From assembly GCA_965242725.1 (NCBI GenBank), contig CBDESZ010000004.1, positions 96,001-160,000 on the forward strand: 64,000 nucleotides of DNA. Reading direction: 5' to 3'. The stretch is from Alkalispirochaeta sp. (lineage in GTDB: Bacteria; Spirochaetota; Spirochaetia; DSM-27196; Alkalispirochaetaceae). The notes under the pieces are model-generated. The model saw nothing but the letters and a program-made list of their open reading frames with translations, was not told where the DNA came from and ran no database searches. Each line of letters begins with the position of its first letter. The stretch's first letter is position 1. Shown one piece after another: positions 57,946 through 64,000 of this stretch. Position numbers and translations under genes: made by a program.

Positions 57946-60015
57946 ATGTTGAATTCTGCTCTTGTTGCTAGTGTTCTCGCGTTGCTTGTCGTCGCGCTCC
58001 TCGTGTGGGATATCATGCGCCGTCGTATCGAATCTGAGAGTATCCGGCGCCTGACCATAAAAATCCGCAGTGGAGCGGGGACATTCCTGAGAAACGAGTA
58101 CACAATCGTGGCAATCGTCGTACTGGTGATGGGGTTGCTTCTCGCAGTGGCTCCCTATCTCATGGGAGTTCGACCCGGCGATGCGGAGATAGGGCTGGAT
58201 ACGGCGATCGCCTTTGTGATCGGCGCAATTGCATCGGGATTATCCGGAATTATCGCCATGAGTGTTGCGACCCGTTCAAACGGGCGTACCACCGAGGCGG
58301 CGCTGCATGGCGTCAGGAAAGCGTTTCAGGTTTCCTATTCATCCGGCGCGGTAACGGGCCTCTCAATATCAGGTATCGCCATACTCGGTCTTCTCCTCGT
58401 ATATGTTCTTTTTGACGGACGACCCTCCGATGTGAACGGATATGCCATGGGAGCGTCCCTTATGGCGCTCTTTGCCCGAAGCGGAGGCGGTATCTATACC
58501 AAAGGCGCCGATATGGGCGCGGACCTCGTCGGAAAGGTTGAAATCGGTATACCCGAGGATGATCCCCGCAATCCAGCGGTGATCGCAGACAACGTTGGCG
58601 ACAATGTCGGAGATATCGCCGGTCTTGGGTCGGACCTGATGGAATCCTTCGTTGAAGCGATCATTTCCGCAATGGCGATCGCCTACACCCTTTCATTCAT
58701 CCCGGCCAACGAACACTGGCACGACGCCCTCGTTCTGCTGCCCTTCGGTGTCGTGGCGTGGGGAATGGTTTCTTCAATCGTCGGAGTGATCTGGACCCGA
58801 TTCGGCCCGGTGCGGTCGGCGCAGACGGCGCTCAATGTGGGGGTCGTGCTGGCGACGGTGGTGATGCTTGTGGGGACGTTCTTCATCGTGCGGAGTACGG
58901 CCGTTGCCTTTGTCGACGAGTCGGGGAGCCGGCACACCGCCATGGGTCCCTTCTGGGCGATCGCCTCAGGTCTGGTAACGGGAATCATCATCGCCGCTGT
59001 GAGTCTGTACTTCACCGACTCCCGTTATGGTCCGGTCAGGCGGCTTGCCGATTCTGCCCGGAGCGGTACGGCGGTTCTCATCGTTGGGGGGCTAAATCTG
59101 GGCATGATTTCCACGTGGGTGCCTGTCGTTGTCGTGGGTCTTGCTACGCTTGCGGGCTACGCCGCGGCAGGTATTTACGGCATCGGTCTGGGCGCGATGG
59201 GGATGCTTTCCACGCTGGGTATTACCCTCGCCGTGGATTCCTACGGCCCGGTTGTGGATAACGCAGGTGGACTCGCGGAGATGACACATCAGCCGGAACA
59301 GGTGCGGACCATTACCGATTCCCTGGACAGCGTGGGAAACACAACCGCGGCGATCGGCAAGGGATTCGCCATTGGATCGGCGGCCTTTGCCGCACTCGCC
59401 CTCAATACGGCGTACATCCATTCAATCAACCGCTATGCCGAACACGACATCGAGTTGTCTCTGTCGGATCCGCAACTTGTTGTCGGTCTTCTCCTGGGCG
59501 GAATGATTCCCTTCCTCTTTTCCGCTCTCCTTGGCAACGCCGTAGGGCGTATTGCCGGTAAGGTTGTGGACGAAGTTCGACGTCAGTTCAAGGAAATCCC
59601 CGGCCTGATGGAAGGTTCCGCGGAACCCGACACCGAGACGTGTGTGGAAATCGCGGCCAAGGGATCGCTTCAAAGCATCGCATTTCCCGGAATCCTCGCG
59701 GTAGTCATACCGATTATCGTTGGTTTCGGAATAGGGCCGATCGCACTGGCAGGCCTGATCATGGGCGGACTCATCGCGGGGCTGCCCCTGGCAATCATGA
59801 TGGCCAATGCCGGCGGCGCCTGGGATAACGCCAAAAAATACATTGAAGAAGGCCGATACGGAGGGAAAGGTACGGATACCCACAAGGCAACGGTGACGGG
59901 CGACACGATCGGGGATCCCCTGAAGGACACGATGGGACCATCCATCGATATATTGATCAAGCTCATGTCAATTGTGGCTCTTGTCCTCGCGCCGGCCCTT
60001 GGTTCGATGCTGTAG
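57946..60015 (+). CDS. hppA: Membrane-integral pyrophosphatase, K+-dependent type
   Basis: GGGIYTK.AD.GADLVGKVE, EDDPRNP, DNVGDNVGD, GNTTAA (Ala means K+-dependent) and GDT.GDP.KD motifs. Confidence 0.96.
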   Translation: MLNSALVASVLALLVVALLVWDIMRRRIESESIRRLTIKIRSGAGTFLRNEYTIVAIVVLVMGLLLAVAPYLMGVRPGDAEIGLDTAIAFVIGAIASGLSGIIAMSVATRSNGRTTEAALHGVRKAFQVSYSSGAVTGLSISGIAILGLLLVYVLFDGRPSDVNGYAMGASLMALFARSGGGIYTKGADMGADLVGKVEIGIPEDDPRNPAVIADNVGDNVGDIAGLGSDLMESFVEAIISAMAIAYTLSFIPANEHWHDALVLLPFGVVAWGMVSSIVGVIWTRFGPVRSAQTALNVGVVLATVVMLVGTFFIVRSTAVAFVDESGSRHTAMGPFWAIASGLVTGIIIAAVSLYFTDSRYGPVRRLADSARSGTAVLIVGGLNLGMISTWVPVVVVGLATLAGYAAAGIYGIGLGAMGMLSTLGITLAVDSYGPVVDNAGGLAEMTHQPEQVRTITDSLDSVGNTTAAIGKGFAIGSAAFAALALNTAYIHSINRYAEHDIELSLSDPQLVVGLLLGGMIPFLFSALLGNAVGRIAGKVVDEVRRQFKEIPGLMEGSAEPDTETCVEIAAKGSLQSIAFPGILAVVIPIIVGFGIGPIALAGLIMGGLIAGLPLAIMMANAGGAWDNAKKYIEEGRYGGKGTDTHKATVTGDTIGDPLKDTMGPSIDILIKLMSIVALVLAPALGSML

Positions 60016-60030
60016 AAAGAGGGAGGAGAC

Positions 60031-60798
60031 ATGGAAACCCACTATTACCTTTCGGTGTATCCCCTGGAAGCGCTTATCGCATCGCAATTGACTCCATTCG
60101 AATATGGCCGGTACATGGCTCTTGGCCGCATTCGAGGTTCAAACGAGCGCATCATGTTTATCGAGGTCGAAGGCGAATTCGGCGACCATTTTGACTGGGA
60201 ATACGCCGAAACGCGGTGCGTCTCCCACGCAGACGGTTCGCCGAAACACTCGGTCTGGCTGTCGGTTTATCGCACCCTTGAACATGTGCCCCTGAAGCAG
60301 TTGCGGTCATTGTTTCTGACCACCCGGGACGGGCGAACTCTGGAGTTGACCCCGACTCCGTACAACCCGCCTCCCGACACGTGGGGATACTATATCTATC
60401 AGGAATTGTGCCCCCTCCATCCACTTGTGGTAAGCAGCCTCAATCCCTCGGAGTTCGGCCGGTACATGACGGATCCCGTCAACAAGGTGTCGGTTCCGTC
60501 GGTGGTATTTGCCGACCTCAAACACGTAAACCCCGATAATCTCAACGAAACAGGCAATATCGGCGCGGCGTATGAGCGGAATCTGGAGCACCTCATCGAT
60601 TGCATTTATGAAGTTACCGCCGGTCCGGACAAGCCGAACAAGAATGTAGAACGTTCTGTACGCTCCTTTACGTACCAGATAATCGAGCATGCCGTATACG
60701 TCAGCGACGGAACGGGTATCATTCAATACACAATGCCCACGGCGGAATCGATACGTCGGGACCACTATGAGTGGGGCCGATCGGCGATGATTTTGTAG
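60031..60798 (+). CDS. Hypothetical cytoplasmic protein with an internal duplication
   Basis: Strong SD GGAGGAG, 15 nt after the hppA stop, globular composition. Confidence 0.8.
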   Translation: METHYYLSVYPLEALIASQLTPFEYGRYMALGRIRGSNERIMFIEVEGEFGDHFDWEYAETRCVSHADGSPKHSVWLSVYRTLEHVPLKQLRSLFLTTRDGRTLELTPTPYNPPPDTWGYYIYQELCPLHPLVVSSLNPSEFGRYMTDPVNKVSVPSVVFADLKHVNPDNLNETGNIGAAYERNLEHLIDCIYEVTAGPDKPNKNVERSVRSFTYQIIEHAVYVSDGTGIIQYTMPTAESIRRDHYEWGRSAMIL

Positions 60799-60946
60799 CG
60801 CCGACGCAATACCGCGCCGACTGCACCTGCGCGACAGGACAGCAATCCCCTTCTCCGGTAGGAAATCCATCCGATATTTCTCTCCTCCCGTAAAATACGA
60901 CGGAATTCCGATCGCCTGATCGCGCCGTTGACGGCACGATGGCGCC

Positions 60947-62002
60947 ATGAAACACACACGAATGAGCGTGCCGGCGATCGCGATTGCCGCGCTTCTTGCA
61001 ATTTCAACAGCCGGTTGCGCCGGGACCCCTCCCATTGAAGGGAACGGCGGTGACCCGATCGCGGTGCGGGAGCGGGTGGTCGTCAACGGTAGGGAACAGG
61101 GCGTCGTTATCCGGGGGACGGACCGGTCAAACCCGGTGCTGCTGTGGCTCGCGGGCGGACCGGGTGGTTCCGAACTCGGATGGACAACCACTTACCTTGG
61201 CGAGCTTGAGAAGGATGTGGTCTTCGTCAACTGGGATCAGCCCGGCGTGGGTATGTCATGGCGGGCCGCCGACTGGGAGACCGTCTCCGTAGACGATTTC
61301 GTCGACGACGTGATCGCCATGAGCGAATACCTCGTCGAACGGTTCGAAACGGACAGGATCGTCCTTGCAGGTCACTCCTGGGGGAGCATTATCGGCCTCA
61401 AGGCGGCATCGCGGCGGCCGGATCTTTACTCCGCGTACCTCGCCATTGCCCAGCAGGTCAATGCCGGAGAAAACGACCGCCACGGCTACGAGATGGTCAT
61501 GCGCGAGGCATCCCGCCGCGGTGACGAACGGGTGGTGAAGCGGCTTTGGGAGATGGGACCGCCGCCGTACGGCCGGGCGGACGGGCGGAACTACGTCTAT
61601 CTCTTCCAAAAGGTACACGTCTACTCGCCCCATCCCTCCCCGGAGCCTTCGGTCACGTCGATGCTCTTTCCCCGGGAGTATACCCTCTTAGATTCCATAA
61701 ACGTGGTGCGGGGGATCATCAACGGCGTGACCCATGTCTATCCCCGGCTTGAGGATCTCGATTTTACCGAGAGTGTCCCTCACCTGGATGTACCGGTCTT
61801 CTTCTTCACCGGTCGCTACGACGAGACGTGCGTTCAGGATATCACGTGGCGCTACTTTCAGGATCTTGAGGCGCCGCACAAGGAGTTTATCTGGTTTGAA
61901 CGGTCGGGGCACAACGTCCCCTATCAGGAACCCGAACGATTCGTCCGTGAAGTGCGGACACGGGTCTTAACACATATTTCCAGCAGGAGGAGTTTTTTAT
62001 GA
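60947..62002 (+). CDS. Alpha/beta hydrolase (proline-iminopeptidase-like), probable lipoprotein
   Basis: Lipobox TAG-C; GGPG, nucleophile GHSWG, GRYD and SGH triad. Confidence 0.88.
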   Translation: MKHTRMSVPAIAIAALLAISTAGCAGTPPIEGNGGDPIAVRERVVVNGREQGVVIRGTDRSNPVLLWLAGGPGGSELGWTTTYLGELEKDVVFVNWDQPGVGMSWRAADWETVSVDDFVDDVIAMSEYLVERFETDRIVLAGHSWGSIIGLKAASRRPDLYSAYLAIAQQVNAGENDRHGYEMVMREASRRGDERVVKRLWEMGPPPYGRADGRNYVYLFQKVHVYSPHPSPEPSVTSMLFPREYTLLDSINVVRGIINGVTHVYPRLEDLDFTESVPHLDVPVFFFTGRYDETCVQDITWRYFQDLEAPHKEFIWFERSGHNVPYQEPERFVREVRTRVLTHISSRRSFL

Positions 62003-62604
62003 ACGATGGAAGGATTCGACGAACGGTATTGATGGTTGCCCTTCTTACGGGGTGCGTCATGGCGGCGACGGCACTGCCCCCGATCAGCGTGGGGATGTCC
62101 ACGGCGGCCAGTACCCTTGACGGCGAAAGTGTCGGACAGGCGACCGTTGCGGGGAGCGTCCGCATTGCCCGATGGTTTGATCTGCAGCTGACGGCCACGG
62201 CGATTCACCCTCTGGAGCGCTCCTACGAGGACGCGGCGGGCCGGAGCTACCAGAGCGAGACCGCCTGGACGGGCATTGGGTTCCGCCCCTTTGTGAGTCT
62301 CGGAGAGAGCGTTGAAATCGGGTTTCCCCTTCGCACCGGTAACGGTTTGATTCAGTTCCGTTATGAACGCCCTTATCGGGATGAGGTTGACTGGACGGAA
62401 GAGATTCTGGACCGGGAGACGATCGCCGTGAACAGCGCGGGAGTCGACGTGACGGTTGCGATTTCGGAAAGGTGGAATGTCGTTATTGAGGCCGGCGGGC
62501 GCGTAAGCTCTCCGATACGGATGACGGTCCCGGTGGAAAAGGACGCTCTCAACGGCTGGTACGCCGGTATCGGTGCTACCTATCGGCTGGAGGGGAATCC
62601 GTAG
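61999..62604 (+). CDS. Hypothetical exported protein, probable small beta-barrel
   Basis: ATGA overlap with the hydrolase, signal peptide, amphipathic strands ending WYAGIGATYRL. Confidence 0.65.
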   Translation: MNDGRIRRTVLMVALLTGCVMAATALPPISVGMSTAASTLDGESVGQATVAGSVRIARWFDLQLTATAIHPLERSYEDAAGRSYQSETAWTGIGFRPFVSLGESVEIGFPLRTGNGLIQFRYERPYRDEVDWTEEILDRETIAVNSAGVDVTVAISERWNVVIEAGGRVSSPIRMTVPVEKDALNGWYAGIGATYRLEGNP

Positions 62605-62616
62605 TACACTTCAGGC

Positions 62617-63537
62617 GTGAACCACGTCATCCTGTTTCTCTACATTGTACTCATTGCCGGAGGAACGGGAGGCGTCGTCGCGCTGGCGCTGCTCCATTCC
62701 CGTCTCAGGACGCCGATAACGGCGTCCTTTCTTGTTGCAAACAGCGGCCTCCTCGCGGCGCTGTTGCTGGTGCTTCTTTCCTTCTATATCGATTCAATCA
62801 TGCCACGGAACGGAACGGGAACCGCATTTGACCGCGGTCCGTTACGTACGGCTCTGGGTTTTCTCTTTGGCGTTCTCGTATATGGAGGGCTTACCTCGGC
62901 GGTCGTGCGTCTGCCCCGCTCGTCGCGCCCGCTGACTCTCACCTTTGGTGCCCTCGTGATCGGGGCGATGTCCGTGCAGACGGGACTGATCCTCTCCGGC
63001 GCCATGCAATGGGCGGAACGCCTCGCTCCGGTCTATCTCGTCACCGTCTCGGTGTGTCTTCTCGGGTTTGGCGTCATTATGGTACGCGCCGGCCCGTCGG
63101 CACCATCGCCAACGATGGCGTGGCTCGTAACCCGCCTGGGCTACCTCGCCGCGGGATTTGCAGTGTTGTCCACAGCACTCTACGGTCTCCTGTCGATGGT
63201 GCCATTCCTGCAGTCTGTCGATTTCAGCTTTGATTTTCTCTTTTATGTCGCCTGGTGCGGTCTGTCAATTGCCGCCTTTGTTCGGTATATCACCCGGCCG
63301 GCGCCGGTAGATGAGGGCGACAGCCTGAGCCGCTCCTTTGTATCCGCATTCGCCATCACGCCGCGGGAGGAAGAGATCGTCGGGCTCATCGGTCAGGGGC
63401 TCAGCAATCAGGAAATTGCGGACCGCCTCGGAATCTCCTTCACCACCGTTCGTACCCACGTGTACAACATATTCCAGAAGACCGGCGCCGGCAGTCGCGT
63501 CGATCTTCTGCGTCTTGTCGGCGGGTATCGGGAGTAG
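62617..63537 (+). CDS. Multi-TM protein with a C-terminal LuxR HTH
   Basis: About 7 hydrophobic helices, then ITPREEEIV...GLSNQEIADRLGISFTTVRTHVYNIFQK. Confidence 0.9.
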   Translation: MNHVILFLYIVLIAGGTGGVVALALLHSRLRTPITASFLVANSGLLAALLLVLLSFYIDSIMPRNGTGTAFDRGPLRTALGFLFGVLVYGGLTSAVVRLPRSSRPLTLTFGALVIGAMSVQTGLILSGAMQWAERLAPVYLVTVSVCLLGFGVIMVRAGPSAPSPTMAWLVTRLGYLAAGFAVLSTALYGLLSMVPFLQSVDFSFDFLFYVAWCGLSIAAFVRYITRPAPVDEGDSLSRSFVSAFAITPREEEIVGLIGQGLSNQEIADRLGISFTTVRTHVYNIFQKTGAGSRVDLLRLVGGYRE

Positions 63538-63602
63538 ACCGTTGGCGGCCGTTGCCGATGGACCTTCCCAGAAGCGACTGCAGGGTATACCATTGGTTTG
63601 AT

Positions 63603-63908
63603 ATGGAAGATGCGTTAACAGGTTCCCAACGGGCGGCGCTGATGAAAGAGGCGCACCATCTCGATCCGGTGGCGGCGGTGGGCAAGAACGGCCTCACCCC
63701 GGAAGTGCGGGAGCACGTGGACCGGGAACTGGAACGGCACGAACTGATAAAAGTTCGATTTGTGGACTATAAGGAAGACCGCCGGGAGATCACTGAGGCA
63801 TTAAGCCGCGAGCTCAACGCCGTCCTCGTCTCGGTAATCGGGAATGTCGGCGTCCTGTTTCGCCCGGCATCGGACCCGGAGAAGCGGCGAATCACCCTCC
63901 CGGGATGA
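63603..63908 (+). CDS. yhbY: CRM-domain RNA-binding protein YhbY
   Basis: LTGSQRAAL, VGKNGLT, HELIKVRF and IGNVGVLFR motifs. Confidence 0.92.
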   Translation: MEDALTGSQRAALMKEAHHLDPVAAVGKNGLTPEVREHVDRELERHELIKVRFVDYKEDRREITEALSRELNAVLVSVIGNVGVLFRPASDPEKRRITLPG

Positions 63909-63978
63909 TAGGTGTGCCTGTACCGGGTGACGGCAGGCGATTCCTGTTGGCATATTCCCACACAGGGAGGTAGACAAC

Positions 63979-64000
63979 ATGCGTATTGCCAGTCTCATAC
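63979..64000 (+). CDS. Start of a CDS cut by the window edge (MRIASLI...)
   Basis: SD GGGAGG 8 nt before ATG 63979. Only 7 codons are visible; the pattern is reminiscent of BtuF-like binding proteins. Confidence 0.45.

Noticed and set aside
1..64000. rRNA, tRNA, IS/prophage or anti-phage defence island
   Set aside because: I recognised no such motifs. The only TA-type element is the vapBC-like pair at the left edge. A covariance-model scan would be needed to exclude small ncRNAs.

Overview
A GC-rich bacterial chromosomal segment, probably from a free-living anaerobic spirochaete. This is inferred from the 'WAGGQGE'-type solute-binding-protein N-terminus, the MCP architecture, the V/A-type ATPase, and acidic exported proteins that hint at a saline habitat. 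In order, it contains: a vapBC-like TA pair; an RRM RNA-binding protein; metR-metE; a sucrose/fructan locus (GH32, sugar ABC transporter, SPS/SuSy-like GT4, GalT-like enzyme, two LacI regulators); an MCP with a coupled solute-binding protein; an MFS transporter; a 2-hydroxyacid dehydrogenase preceded by a TRAP dctM remnant; a TetR-MFP-RND-TolC efflux operon divergent from a YcaQ-like DNA glycosylase; an SPT-like alpha-oxoamine synthase; an AraC/GyrI regulator; a nine-gene V/A-ATPase operon extended by USP and PTS EIIA genes; a frameshifted MATE transporter; a VOC protein; codBA; a DtxR-family regulator; a diguanylate cyclase; a second MCP; a frameshifted Lrp with iorAB, an ADP-forming acyl-CoA synthetase and an aminotransferase; hppA with a coupled unknown protein; a hydrolase/beta-barrel/membrane-LuxR trio; and yhbY. 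I saw no rRNA, tRNA, CRISPR array or IS element. The best candidates for undescribed biology are (1) a possible nucleotide-sugar route for sucrose breakdown (GT4 plus GalT-like enzyme in an uptake operon), (2) an HppA carrying both gate glutamates, with a structured leader and a two-repeat partner protein, (3) an RND pump lacking the canonical proton-relay residues, back-to-back with a crosslink glycosylase, (4) the V-ATPase-USP-EIIA operon, and (5) an SPT-like enzyme. Three single-base insertions in G/C runs suggest sequencing errors. All calls come from motif recognition by eye; no searches were run.
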